Made by a program: the position numbers and the translations under genes. From Deltaproteobacteria bacterium (GTDB taxonomy: Bacteria > Myxococcota_A > Polyangia > Nannocystales > Nannocystaceae): a stretch of 64,000 nucleotides of DNA. Positions 37,416 to 48,200 of this stretch are shown in pieces (the first letter of the stretch is position 1; the number at the start of each line of letters is the position of its first letter). The stretch spans positions 1,987,630 through 2,051,629 of the forward strand of contig JADJEE010000012.1 in NCBI GenBank assembly GCA_016709225.1. Direction: 5' to 3'. Below the pieces are notes generated by a model. That model saw only the letters and a list, made by a program, of their open reading frames with translations. It was not told the DNA's origin and did not search any database.

Positions 37416-38840
37416 ATGACTTCACGCCACGCGTTCTCCTTGGGTTTGCTCAGCTTCGTCGTCGTTGCCTGCGGCGGTGACGACGGCACCACCACCACGA
37501 CCAACGCCGGCTCGGACAGCAGCAGCGGCAGCGCCGACTCGAGCAGCGGCAGCGTCACGATGACGAGCACGACGGTGGCCGACTCGAGCACCAGCGACTC
37601 GACCACGATGACGTCGACCACCGCTGCCACCACCGGTGACGAGTCGAGCTCCGGCGGCTCCGAGTCGGGCGGTTCGAGCTCGGGTGGCTCGGACTCGTCG
37701 GGCGGCTCGAGCTCCGGCGGCTCCGAGTCGAGCTCGGGTGGCGCAGTGCTCGATGCCGACGGCGACACCATCCTCGACGACACCGACAACTGCGTCGTGA
37801 TCTTCAACCCCGATCAGAGCGACATCGATCTCGACGGCGTCGGCGACTTCTGCGACGACGAGATGATCGACGACGGAGTCACGCTGTACATCCCCGTCGA
37901 TGCGGTCGTCGATCTCGGCGGGCTGCTCTGCTACGAGCAGGTGCAGATCAACGGCACGCTGCATGTGCTCGAGATGGCCGACGGCGGCGTTGGCACGCTG
38001 GTGATCGTCGCGGACCGCGTGGCGCTGGCCGACGGTGGCGTGATCGATGCCGAAGGTGCCGGTCCGGTCGGTGGTCAACCCAGCCAAGGCGTGACGCTGG
38101 GCGGCTTCGTGGGCGACGGCGTCGGTGGCTCGTGCGGCGGTGGGCCCGGCAACTCGGTGGGTCAGGGCGGCACCGGCGGAACCTACGGTGGCATCGGCGG
38201 GGCGCCGGGCGACACGTATGCCGTGGGCAACGCCTGTGATCTCTGCAGCGAGGCGACGATTGCCCACTGCGAGGGCGCGGCGGGATCGATCTACGACAGC
38301 GATGACGGCATCGACGTCAGCGTCGGCTCCGGCGGCGGCGCGGGCGGCAACTCGGCGGGTTGCAGCGGCGCCGGTGGCCGTGGTGGCAATGGCGGCGGCG
38401 GCGTGGCGATCGTGGCCAACGAGTGGGCGCACATCGACGGCGTCGTGCTCGTCGGCGGCGAGACCCCACCTGGCGACGAGAGCCCGTGTGGCTATCGCCC
38501 CGGTGGTGGCGGTGGCTCGGGCGGCGGCTTGCTGATCGCTGCGCCCGAGATCGCCGGTGCGGCCAGCGGCGTCCTCAATGCCCACGGTGGCAACGGCGGC
38601 GACAGCCCCGGTGACGTCGGCGCCACGTGGGGCTGGGGTGGCGGTGGCGGAGGCGGCGGGCGCGTGAAGCTGTTCGCCGACACCAACACCTTCGCCGGCG
38701 TGATCGACGTGGGTGGCGGCGCGGGTGGCGAAGCACCCGGCGACTCCAACAGTGCCGTGGGGCTGCCCGGTGACGACGGCGTCGCCGGTGGCGACAGCTC
38801 GGTGCCGCCCGAGTTCATGGGCTTGGTCTGCCCCGCCTAG
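37416..38840 (+). CDS. Lipoprotein with a Ser/Thr/Gly-rich linker, thrombospondin-type-3-like Ca-binding Asp repeats, and a Gly-rich C-terminal domain
   Basis: MTSRHAFSLGLLSFVVVAC lipobox. DADGDTILDDTDNCVVIFNPDQSDIDLDGVGDFCDD. Poly-G stretches. Confidence 0.65.
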   Translation: MTSRHAFSLGLLSFVVVACGGDDGTTTTTNAGSDSSSGSADSSSGSVTMTSTTVADSSTSDSTTMTSTTAATTGDESSSGGSESGGSSSGGSDSSGGSSSGGSESSSGGAVLDADGDTILDDTDNCVVIFNPDQSDIDLDGVGDFCDDEMIDDGVTLYIPVDAVVDLGGLLCYEQVQINGTLHVLEMADGGVGTLVIVADRVALADGGVIDAEGAGPVGGQPSQGVTLGGFVGDGVGGSCGGGPGNSVGQGGTGGTYGGIGGAPGDTYAVGNACDLCSEATIAHCEGAAGSIYDSDDGIDVSVGSGGGAGGNSAGCSGAGGRGGNGGGGVAIVANEWAHIDGVVLVGGETPPGDESPCGYRPGGGGGSGGGLLIAAPEIAGAASGVLNAHGGNGGDSPGDVGATWGWGGGGGGGGRVKLFADTNTFAGVIDVGGGAGGEAPGDSNSAVGLPGDDGVAGGDSSVPPEFMGLVCPA

Positions 38841-38901
38841 CTCGTCGTCGTCGACGGGGCGCCGCGTCCATCGACGGGGCGCTCCGCAGCGTGGACGCCC
38901 T

Positions 38902-38989
38902 GCGCCCGAGCGCTACTTCACCCGCGCCCGAGCGCTACTTCACCCGCGCCCGAGCGCTACTTCACCCGCGCCCGAGCGCTACTTCAGCT
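38902..38989. repeat. Four tandem 22-bp direct repeats (gcgcccgagcgctacttcaccc) at and beyond the 3' end of bfr
   Basis: Copies at 38902, 38924, 38946 and 38968. Copies 1-3 are identical; copy 4 diverges in its last 3 nt and contains the bfr stop codon. The upstream copies re-duplicate the last codons, the stop, and 11 nt of downstream sequence. Confidence 0.85.
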
Positions 38990-39446
38990 GCTGCGCGAGG
39001 TAGTGCTTGGTGCCGATCTGTTCGATCAGCTGCAGCTGGGTCTCGAGCCAGTCGACGTGGGTCTCCTCCGACGCCAGCATCGTCTCGAGCAGATCGGCGC
39101 TGGTGATGTCGCCCTCTTCGCGGCACAGCTTCACGCCCTTGCGGAAGCGATCGACGGCGTCGTACTCCATCTTGAGATCGAGCTCGAGCTGCTCCTGCAC
39201 CGTCTCGCCGACGGTGATCTTGTGATAGCGCTGCACGTTCGGCACGCCCTCGAGGAAGAGGATGCGCTCGATGAGCGCGTCGGCGTGCTTCATCTCGTCG
39301 ATGGACTCGGCGCGGATGTGGCTCGCCAGGACGTTGAAGCCCCAGTTCTGGCACATCTTGGCGTGGATGAAGTACTGGTTCACCGCCGTCAGCTCGGCGG
39401 TCAGCACTTCGTTGAGGACGTCGATGACGTTGGCGGAGCCCTTCAC
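38979..39446 (-). CDS. bfr: Bacterioferritin
   Basis: MKGSANVIDVLNEVLTAELTAVNQYFIHAKMCQNWGF…EMKHAD…EE.H.DWLE is the canonical Bfr sequence. Confidence 0.9.
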   Translation of the reverse strand: MKGSANVIDVLNEVLTAELTAVNQYFIHAKMCQNWGFNVLASHIRAESIDEMKHADALIERILFLEGVPNVQRYHKITVGETVQEQLELDLKMEYDAVDRFRKGVKLCREEGDITSADLLETMLASEETHVDWLETQLQLIEQIGTKHYLAQQLK

Positions 39447-39558
39447 GGCCGCGAACGTAGCACGCGCGCGCAGTGGCTGACGATCGGGCGCGGGCGCATG
39501 CCCCTTCGCGGCAATCGAGAACGAAAGTCGAAGTCGCTCCCGGCCGAGCGCGCGTCGT

Positions 39559-39759
39559 TCAACGCTTGAGCGGAACGTCGCTCTGACCGCGTGCGGTGCC
39601 GGCGGACCCTTGGATCAGCTCGCGGATCTGCTGCACGCACGCGCCACACCCCGTGCCCGCCTGACACGCGGTGGCGATGCCCTTCACCGTGCAGTTGCCA
39701 CGGCGGATCTCCGCTTGGATGGTGCGGCTCGAGACCGCCTTGCACAGGCACACGATCAT
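39559..39759 (-). CDS. bfd: Bacterioferritin-associated ferredoxin, BFD-like [2Fe-2S]-binding domain
   Basis: MIVCLCKAVSSRTIQAEIRRGNCTVKGIATACQAGTGCGACV. Sits upstream of bfr. The rest of the listed 170-aa ORF is R-rich junk. Confidence 0.7.
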   Translation of the reverse strand: MIVCLCKAVSSRTIQAEIRRGNCTVKGIATACQAGTGCGACVQQIRELIQGSAGTARGQSDVPLKR

Positions 39760-39964
39760 GATCGCGAATCCGGGTCGAAGCAGCGGCCGCGAGGCCGGGC
39801 GGTCTTGAAAGTGATTTTCAAAACCACTCAATATGTAACGCGAGGGCCCGCGCGGCGCAAGCCGATCGATGTGGATCGATGGGCTCGAACCTGCGGGCCC
39901 GCCGTGAGGCTGCCCCCGACCCCGGCCAGCTGCCCGGCCGGGGGCTCCCCGAGGGCCGCGCGGC

Positions 39965-41869
39965 CTAGGAGGCGTCCGGCGACGTGCCGCCGACCCGACC
40001 GACGCGACGGGCCAGGGCCCACGCGAGCACGCCGTTGCCGAGCAGCCACGCGCGGTCGACCCACGCGCCACCGGGGAGTGCCGTCACCAGGGTCGGCAGC
40101 ACGAAGGCGCCGTGCAGCAGCATCGCGGCGGTGCCGAGGCCGAGCCCCACGAGCGCCGGTCGCAGCGCGCGGACCTTGAGCAACGCGACGCTCGCGGCGA
40201 GCGGCAGCGCGGCCGAGAACCACAGCGGCGAGCCAAAGCCGAGCCAACCATCACCGCCGCCGGCGAGCGACGCGGCCTGGTACGCCATCGGCGTGGTGCC
40301 CAGCGCACCGCTCGTCCATGCCACCGCACCGGCGAAGCCGGCCGCGCCGAGCCAACGCGCGCGGCCACGCAGCTGCGCGAGGCCGAGCCCACCGATCGCG
40401 GCGATGAAGAGCAGCCCGGTGAAGCCGGCGCGCTCGGGCGCGTAGTCCCGCTGCGCCGACACGGCCGCTTGCGCATCGACGATGCCGGCGCCGAATCGAT
40501 CGTCCCACTTCACCTTCTTCGGGTGTACCGCGGTCGCCTTCATCACGCGCTCGACCTCGTCGGGATTGGTGACGCCGCTCGAGACGATGAGCGCCGCGAC
40601 GCCAGCGGCGTGCGGCGAGGCCATCGAGGTGCCCTGGAACCACAGATAGTCGTTCTCCATCGGGCGACCGATGCGGATCGTGTTCTGCAGGACGCCGTCG
40701 GGCTGACCGTCGCCGTTCTTGTCGGCGCGCGTGTCACCGCCGGGCGCGGCCACGTCGATGTCGCTGCCCCAGTTGCTGTAGTGGGTCAGCTCGCGGCCGT
40801 AGTCGGTCGCCGAGACGGCGATCGAGAACTTGTTGGCGGCGGGGTAGCCCACGCGAGAGCGGCGCTCGTTGCCCGCCGCGCACACCGTGACGACGCCCTT
40901 CTTGTGCGCGTACTCGATGGCCTTGGCCAGCACGCGCGAGGGTAGCGGGCCGCCGAGGCTCATGTTGATCACGTGGGCGCCGTGATCGGCGGCGTAGCGG
41001 ATCGCGTTGGCAATGCCCGGCACCGCACCGCGGCCGTCCTTCGACAGCACCTTGAGCGGCATGATCTTCGCGCCGAAGGCCACACCGGTGACGCCGATGC
41101 CGTTGTTGGTGCTCTGCGCGATGGTGCCGGCGACGTGGCTGCCGTGGGCGTGATCATCGAGGCCCTTGGGCAGGCCATCGATGAAGCTCTCGCCCTCGAC
41201 GAAGCCGGTGTTGTTCAGATCCGGCAGGCCGCGCACGCCGTCGGCGTCCTTGTACGCGACGCCGGTGTCGATGACCGCGACCACCGTGCCCTCGCCGCGG
41301 GTCGTCGTCCACGCCTCGGGCGCGTGGATCTGTTCCATGTGCCACTGCAGCTTGAACATCGGGTCGTCGACCGGCAGTCGCGTGCCCTTGTTCGCCTCGA
41401 GCTCGTCGTCGACCGCGGGCGCGGCGTCGATGTCGTCGAGGCCGTACATGATCTCGGGCTCGAAGCCCTCGACGATGCCGTCGGCCAGCGCCTCGGCAAG
41501 ATCGGGGCGCGTGGCGCCCTCGGCCTCGAGCACGAAGAGGTGCTCGCCCTCGCTGTAGAAGCCGGCCGACTGCACGCGCACGTCGGGGCGCGCGTCGAGG
41601 GCCGCGACCCACGCGGCGATCTCGTCTTCGGAGGCACCCTCGCCCTCCTGCGGGTCCACGAGGTCGAGCACGAGGCGCCCGGTGGTGGCCTCGGAGCCCA
41701 CGCCGAGCTCGGCCGCGAGCGCCGTCACGGACTCGGGCGTGATGTCCTCGGCGGCAAGCCCCGCATCGCTGCGATCGTGGCTGACGAACAACACGCCGCC
41801 GAGCGCGGCGAGGGACATGCCCGCGACGACGGCGCGTGCGCGGCGGTGCAGAGTCGGGAGCTTGGACAT
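39965..41869 (-). CDS. Subtilisin-like serine protease (S8) with a pro-region and a C-terminal hydrophobic anchor region
   Basis: Asp motif VAVIDTGV, His motif HGSHVAGTIA, Ser motif GTSMASPHAAGVAALI. Signal peptide MSKLPTLHRRARAVVAGMSLAALGGVLFV. C-terminal TM-rich tail. Confidence 0.85.
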   Translation of the reverse strand: MSKLPTLHRRARAVVAGMSLAALGGVLFVSHDRSDAGLAAEDITPESVTALAAELGVGSEATTGRLVLDLVDPQEGEGASEDEIAAWVAALDARPDVRVQSAGFYSEGEHLFVLEAEGATRPDLAEALADGIVEGFEPEIMYGLDDIDAAPAVDDELEANKGTRLPVDDPMFKLQWHMEQIHAPEAWTTTRGEGTVVAVIDTGVAYKDADGVRGLPDLNNTGFVEGESFIDGLPKGLDDHAHGSHVAGTIAQSTNNGIGVTGVAFGAKIMPLKVLSKDGRGAVPGIANAIRYAADHGAHVINMSLGGPLPSRVLAKAIEYAHKKGVVTVCAAGNERRSRVGYPAANKFSIAVSATDYGRELTHYSNWGSDIDVAAPGGDTRADKNGDGQPDGVLQNTIRIGRPMENDYLWFQGTSMASPHAAGVAALIVSSGVTNPDEVERVMKATAVHPKKVKWDDRFGAGIVDAQAAVSAQRDYAPERAGFTGLLFIAAIGGLGLAQLRGRARWLGAAGFAGAVAWTSGALGTTPMAYQAASLAGGGDGWLGFGSPLWFSAALPLAASVALLKVRALRPALVGLGLGTAAMLLHGAFVLPTLVTALPGGAWVDRAWLLGNGVLAWALARRVGRVGGTSPDAS

Positions 41870-42134
41870 CGGTGTTCCCCTGCGAAGCCCCGGCGCGTGC
41901 GACAGGGGCGGTCTTGGCGGTCGCGGTGCAGAGTGCGCCGCGATCGCATCCGAGAATAGCAGGCGCACGGGTGCGAAGCTGCCAGGGCGCAGGCGTACAG
42001 CATCGCGGGGTGCCGCGGTGGGCCGCTGCGGGCGCGATCGGCGGCCCTACGACGACGATCCCGAGACGAGCGCGCAGATCCCCGCTTCGCGAAGGACTCG
42101 CCGCGACGGCACCATGCATCGACGTCGATTCGTG

Positions 42135-42890
42135 ATGGGTGTGCATGGGCCGAGCCGGTGCGAAACTGCGACGCGCACGTCGTCGTCGCGCCATCGCGCC
42201 GCGCGATGCTCCCGTCGCGTGTCTTCGACTGTGCCAGCGTCCCTCGTCGTCCTCGCAGGTCTTGCGGGCCTCGTCGTCGTGGCGAGCGCGTGCGAGGTGG
42301 TCGGCTCGATCGGCGGCGTCGACGACCTCGCCGCTGGCGGCAGCGACTCGGCCACCTCGACGGGTGGCACCGAGAAGCGACCCGACGGGCCGGAGCGCCC
42401 CCGCGACACCGACGACGACCTCGCGACCTCGAGCGCGGGCGCCGGCATGCCGACCGACGCATCGAGCAGCTCGGACGGGGCCGACACGCCGTACAAGCTC
42501 GACGTCGGCACTGGCAACGGTACCGGCAACGACACCGATACGGATACCGTCGGCACCTTGGACGCGGTGTGCTGCAGCGCCAGCATCGAGCCCGGCTGCG
42601 CGCAGGACTCCGAGCTCGAGGCCTGCGTCTGCGGCTTCGATGCCTACTGCTGCGAGACCGCCTGGGACGACACCTGCGTGGGCATCGCAACGTGGGGCGA
42701 GTGTGGCGGCGGCTGCAGCGGCCCCGAGATCCCGCCGACCGACTGCTGTCTCGCCTCCGAGCGCGCCGGCTGCATCGACGCCCAGGTATCGGCCTGCGTC
42801 TGCGACCACGACCCCTACTGCTGCGACGTCGCCTGGGACGACGTCTGCGTCGGCGACGTCGCGCTGCACGAGTGCGGCCTCTGCCCGTGA
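42135..42890 (+). CDS. Lipoprotein with two Myxococcus-type Cys-rich repeats
   Basis: …LAGLAGLVVVASAC lipobox. CC…C…C.C..D.YCC…WDD.CVG repeated twice. The start is uncertain (ATG at 42114 or 42135, GTG at 42216). Confidence 0.6.
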   Translation: MGVHGPSRCETATRTSSSRHRAARCSRRVSSTVPASLVVLAGLAGLVVVASACEVVGSIGGVDDLAAGGSDSATSTGGTEKRPDGPERPRDTDDDLATSSAGAGMPTDASSSSDGADTPYKLDVGTGNGTGNDTDTDTVGTLDAVCCSASIEPGCAQDSELEACVCGFDAYCCETAWDDTCVGIATWGECGGGCSGPEIPPTDCCLASERAGCIDAQVSACVCDHDPYCCDVAWDDVCVGDVALHECGLCP

Positions 42891-42957
42891 CGCGTCGCCC
42901 CCGCGCGCCCGCGCGGTTGCTGCCGTCGCGGGTCGCTGATAGGCTCCCGCCCACAAC

Positions 42958-43031
42958 GCGCTCGTAGCTCAGCTGGATAGAGCATCAGGCTTCGAACCTG
43001 AGGGCCGGGAGTTCGAATCTCTCCGGGCGCA
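42958..43031 (+). tRNA. tRNA-Arg (anticodon TCG)
   Basis: Manually folded cloverleaf. Acceptor GCGCTCG/CGGGCGC with one G-U pair, D-arm GCTC-AGCTGGATA-GAGC, anticodon stem TCAGG/CCTGA with loop CTTCGAA, T-arm GGGAG-TTCGAAT-CTCTC, discriminator A. CCA is not encoded. Confidence 0.85.
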
Positions 43032-43103
43032 CTGGGTGGGCGACGCAGCTTCGTAGCCCCGGTCGTGACGTCGTACGGGAGCGTCGAGCGGGACGCGGGG
43101 CGG

Positions 43104-44675
43104 ATGGCTTCCGTCCTGATGCGGTGCGGCGACGACACGACACACCGCGCGGCGGTCCGTGCGAACCTGGCGTGCGTGCGCCCTGCTCTGCCGCTGTTCG
43201 CGTGCGTCGTCGCCCTCGCTTGCGGTCGCGTAGCGCCGGACGCGAGCCCGTCGCCGGGCGCGTCCGGCGACCCGGTGACGCCACCGACCGATGCATCGCC
43301 CACGCCCGCGACGCCCGTCGACGCGGCGAGCACCGCGGCGGCGCCCCCCGCTGCACCGCACGCGGACGCGCCGCGGCCGGAGGTGACGCCTGCCGACGCG
43401 CCTGCGGGCGAGGTCGCGGCGAGCGCAGCGATCGCGGGCGCGTTGCGTTCGCCGCTGCCACCCGGTCCGATCGCTGCGTTCGCGATCGTGGGGCCCGATC
43501 AGACAATCGTCGCGCCCATCGATCCTGCGATCGCGCCGCTGCGCGTCACCGGCATCTGGGTGCTCGACGACGCGACGGCAACTCCGAAGGTGTCGTTCCA
43601 CGCGGGCGTCGGCGCGGCGATCCCAACCTGCGCCTGCGATCGCAATGACGCGTGTGGCGAAGCGGTGAGCGATGCCGTGGGCGAGGGCCCGATCTGCAGC
43701 TGCCGCGCGCCGGGCCCGGTCGACGACGGCGTCGACGAGGGTGGCGAGTGCGAGTTCATGGACCCTCGTCCGGCAGCGCTCGTCGGCGGCGTGCTGTACA
43801 TGCAGGTCGACACGCACAACACGTGCGAAGGCATGAACCTCTACGGCGAAGACTGGTACCCGCTGACGATGGTCGCGTCACCGACCAAGCACAGCGGCAA
43901 GGGGCTGAAGCCGCGCGGCTGCGACCCCGGCGTCGCGACCGGCGTGGACGTGCTCGCGCCACGACCCGATCCACCGCCCTGCGGCCCGCGGGAGACCGAT
44001 GGCGGCTGCGACGTCTGCGACGCGATGAGCCCCAATCTCGAGGTCTTCGCGATCCAGCGCGGCGAGCTCGTGCACCTCGAGGAAGACGCGGACACCGTCG
44101 GTGGCGGCGTGCGGCGCTGGTCGTCGCGCGCGCTCACACCGAAGACTTGCCCGAGCACCGCGGACACCTGCGGCAGCACCACGGCGTTTCCGCAGGTCGA
44201 GCGCGCCGACGGCTGGTGGGTCGCGAACGACGGCGCCCATGCACTCACGCAGCAGCGCGACGGTGCGCTCGCCATCGTCAGCGCCAGCGGCACCATACCC
44301 GTGGGCAAACACGACGATGACATCCTGGGCGTGCGCTACCACGCCGATGCGCGAGCGCTCATCACCACCATGGCCACGCGAGCGCCCAGCGGCACGACCA
44401 CGTGCGAGGTGGGTGATGCCCCGGTCTCGTGGGGCACGCAGTGCGTCGAGCACATGCGTGCGGGTCGGCTCGAGGACGCGCGTGCGGCCTGCGAGCACGG
44501 GCTCGACGAGACCACGAAGCCCGCCGCGCGTGGGGCCCTGCTGTACAACCTCGGCGTGATCGCGCAGCGCTCCGGTGACACCGCAGCCGCGCGCAAACAC
44601 TTCGAGGCCTCGCTCGCCGCCCGCCCCGGCAACGCCGCCGTACGCAAGGCCCTCGCCGCGCTCGGCCCCGGCTGA
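43104..44675 (+). CDS. Lipoprotein with a Pro/Ala-rich linker, a Cys-rich middle region and C-terminal TPR-like helices
   Basis: MASVLMRCGDDTTHRAAVRANLACVRPALPLFACVVALAC signal peptide. The C-terminus reads …RGALLYNLGVIAQRSGDTAAARKHFEASLAARPGNAAVRKALAAL. Confidence 0.55.
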   Translation: MASVLMRCGDDTTHRAAVRANLACVRPALPLFACVVALACGRVAPDASPSPGASGDPVTPPTDASPTPATPVDAASTAAAPPAAPHADAPRPEVTPADAPAGEVAASAAIAGALRSPLPPGPIAAFAIVGPDQTIVAPIDPAIAPLRVTGIWVLDDATATPKVSFHAGVGAAIPTCACDRNDACGEAVSDAVGEGPICSCRAPGPVDDGVDEGGECEFMDPRPAALVGGVLYMQVDTHNTCEGMNLYGEDWYPLTMVASPTKHSGKGLKPRGCDPGVATGVDVLAPRPDPPPCGPRETDGGCDVCDAMSPNLEVFAIQRGELVHLEEDADTVGGGVRRWSSRALTPKTCPSTADTCGSTTAFPQVERADGWWVANDGAHALTQQRDGALAIVSASGTIPVGKHDDDILGVRYHADARALITTMATRAPSGTTTCEVGDAPVSWGTQCVEHMRAGRLEDARAACEHGLDETTKPAARGALLYNLGVIAQRSGDTAAARKHFEASLAARPGNAAVRKALAALGPG

Positions 44676-45208
44676 GCGCGACGGGTCCGCCGCCTGAAGC
44701 ACCCCCTCGAGCTCGGCGACCGCGAGCCGGCACGTGGCGCCCGAGGTCCGGCAAGGGCTCGCGGCGTTCACCGGGACGAGCCCGGCTCCGATGGTGAACG
44801 AACGCGGCGCGCCCGATCGCGCTCGCGCCCGTCGACGACCGCGAGCCCTGCGGACGCGTGATGCAGCGAGCACGCGGCGACGTGCAGCGCGGTCGCGGCC
44901 GATGCCACGCGATCGCACGAGCTCGCCAGGGCCTCGCTCGCGAGGCGCAGCCGCGGTGTCGCTCCGCTCCCTGCATCGCCGTCCTGCGATCCACCCACGC
45001 GCACGTAGGCCCGCTGGTCGGCCCGGGTGCGGGCCCACTTGCAGGCCGGCCCCGACGCGCAGCCACGACGCGGACAGCCCCTCCCCGCGGGTGGAGGACG
45101 GGCGCCCACGCAGGCGCCCGAATTCGCCGGCCTCGCAGATTGCTCGATCCGATCGGCGCCGGCGCGACACAGGCAGCTCGAAGAGGCCGCGACGTCCGCG
45201 GGAGACCC

Positions 45209-48200
45209 ATGCCACGACTGCTCGAGCGCCTGCGATTGACGCCTGTCCGAAGCGACTCCTACCCTGGAAAGGTGGCGGGGTCGGTCGAGCAGGCGGACAC
45301 GGTCGACGCCGCCGCGATCGAACGCGCACCCGCCCAGCCCGCAACGCCCGGCGACGATCTCGGGCTGGCCCCCGACACGATCTCGGTCGAGCGGGTGCGC
45401 GCCGCCGTTCACCGACGGGTGTTCGGCGAGGTGGTGGAGCCGGTGCGGATCGGTCGCTACACCGTGCTGAAGCGACTCGGCGCCGGTGGCATGGGCGTGG
45501 TCTATGCCGCCTACGACACCGCGCTCGACCGCAAGGTCGCGCTCAAGCTCCTGAACGCCGACACGCTCGACCCCGCGCGCGAGGCCTCGCGCCGTGCACG
45601 GCTGGTCCGCGAGGCCAAGGCGCTCGCGCGCCTGTCCCATCCCAGCATCGTGCAGGTGTTCGAGGTCGGCACCCACGAGGAGCAGCTCTTCATCGCGATG
45701 GAGTTCGTCGACGGCGTCACGCTGGGCACGTGGGTGCGTGAACGCAGCCGTGGCTGGCGCGCGATCACGGCGATGTACGTCGCGGCCGGCCGCGGCCTCG
45801 CAGCTGCCCACGCGGCGGGCCTCGTGCACCGCGACGTCAAGCCCGACAACATGCTGGTGGGACACGACGGTCGCGTCCGCGTGCTCGACTTCGGCCTCGC
45901 GGGCGACATGGCATCGCCGTCGGATGGCGACGTCGAGGATGGGAGTGCCCCGCAGCCGGCGCTCGGCCCCGCAGCGCCGCTCACCAGGACCGGCATGGTG
46001 CTCGGCACGCCGGCGTACATGGCTCCGGAGCAGCACCTGGCGCGACGCGCCGACGCCCAGAGCGATCAGTTCGGCTTCTGCGTCGCGCTGTGGGAGGGGC
46101 TGTTCGGCGAGCGGCCGTTCGTGGGCGAGAGCCTCGCGGAGCTCTCGGCCGCGGTGATCCAATCGCGACTGCACGAGCCCAGCCACGGCGCGCAGGTGCC
46201 CCGTGCACTGCGACGTTGTCTGCTGCGCGGGCTCGCGCGAGAGCCCGCACAACGCCACGCGTCGATGGACGCGTTGCTCGGGCAGCTCGAGAGCATCCTG
46301 CGCTCGAACGCCCGTCGCGTCGCGGCCGCCGGCGCGGTCGTGAGCGGGCTGCTGCTGCTGGGCGGCGTGGGGATGTTCATGCAGCGCGAGCAGACCCACG
46401 ACGCCCGCGCGGAGGCGTTGAGCAGCGAGGTCGTGGATCAGCGCTCCCGCGCCGACGAGGCCGAGCTGGCGCTGCGCGCCCGCGAAGAAGCGGTCATCGT
46501 CGCCGAGTCGCGGCTGTTGTTGCCCACCGATCCGACACGTGCGTTGGCCTCGCTGCGCCGACTGCCCGAGGCCGCGGCCGCGTGGTCGGCCCCCAGCGCT
46601 CGCATGCTCGCCGCAGAGGCGATCGAGGCCGGTGTCGCCGAGCGGATCGCCGAGCTGCCCCCGACCACGAGCGCGCGCGTGCTGTCACCCGGCGGCCGCT
46701 GGGCCTGGCACACGCAGGACGAAGGCGGCGCGTACGTGCTCATCGAGCTCGCGAGCGGCCGCCGCGTCGTGCTCGACGCGGGACCCCCCGACGTGTTCCC
46801 CGAGCTGACCTTCTCGCGTGACGAGACCCAAGTCGTGACCGCGCAAGCGGGCGCAATCCGGCTGTGGGACCTCGCGCGCGGCGACGCCCGCGAGCTCGGC
46901 AAGCTGGCCGGATTCGCGGGCGCGCGCCGCTTCGCCGACGATGGCTCGCGCGTGACGGTCATCGAACACGGTGATACGACCGTCGCGATCGTGACGCCGC
47001 TGGCGGATGACGTCGCGCCGCTACGTCGCACGCTATCCGAGGTCGAGTGGGCACCGGTGATCAACCGCGACGGCACCGAGGTGGTCGGGGGCAACGGCAT
47101 CGATCGACTGTGGGTGCACGATCTCGTTGGCGATCGCCGACGAACCCTCGCAGGTGCGGTGCGCTCGGGGCCGCAGCTGTCGCCGGACGGCCGCTGGATC
47201 GCAGCGCTCGCGGCGGACGGTCTGGCCGTGTGGCACGACGGCGCCACGACGCCGACGCTGCTCCCGATTCCCGCGGGACTGCGGGGCGACACGATCGCGT
47301 TCGATCCCGCTGGCACCACCGTCGCGCTCGCGAGCGCTGCGGGTCCGATCGTCGCGTGGGATCTCGCGAGCCGACGCTCGCGGACCATGAACACCGGCGC
47401 ACGCGCGCAGCGACTGTGGGTCATGGGCAACGGCCGCGTGGTTGGCCTGCGCGAAGACGGCAGCAGCACGCTGTTCGATCGCACCGGCCACGATCAGCGA
47501 ACGCTTCGCAGTGAGCCCGGCATCACCGACCTCGCGATCGTCCCCGATCTCGACGGCGCCCCGGCGATCGTGACGGTCGGTGAGGGCACCGAGGCGCGCT
47601 GGTGGCGATGGCCCGACGGCGCCGTGCTCGAGCGCGGCGCCGGCCCTGCCGGTGACGTGGCAATCGACGCGGACACGACGACACTGCTGTCGAGCGGTGA
47701 CGACGGTGCGGTGCGTCGCACCGACACCCATGGCAGCGTCGTGATCGTGCAGGGGAGCGCCGGCGTCGCGCCTTCGCTGGCACTGTCGCGCGACGCAGCG
47801 CGGCTGGCCGTCGGCAGCGGTGACGCAATCACCATCCGCAGCCCCGACGGTGTCGAGATCGCACGGCTGGGCGACCTGCACGGTACCGACGAGCTCCGCT
47901 TCCTCGCCGACGACGAGACCGTGGCATGGCGCGGCGTCGACGGTGTGCAGCGGTGGCGGCCGGGTGGCGACGCGGTGATGTTGCGCGCGGGCTCGTGGCA
48001 TGCGAGTGCGGTCAGCCCCGACGGGCGCAGCGTGGTCACACTCGGGAGCGAGCTGGCGCGCTTCGACGAGGGCGCCCAGGCACCGAGTTGGCGCGTCGAC
48101 GTCGAGCCTGCCTGGCGTCACGTCATCGTCGACCGCAGCGGCGAGCGCGTGCTGGCAGCCGGGGTCTCACCGACGATGACGATCTTCGACGCCGTCACCG

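Noticed and set aside
41154-42967. ORFs 41154..42956 (600 aa) and 41725..42954 (409 aa), minus strand, and 42139..42967 plus strand
   Set aside because: Arg-rich antisense or alternative frames of the subtilase and the Cys-rich-repeat lipoprotein genes.
44768-46399. A 543-aa minus-strand ORF antisense to the Ser/Thr kinase, and a 488-aa ORF 43878..45344
   Set aside because: No domains and poor composition. The kinase frame has all catalytic motifs.
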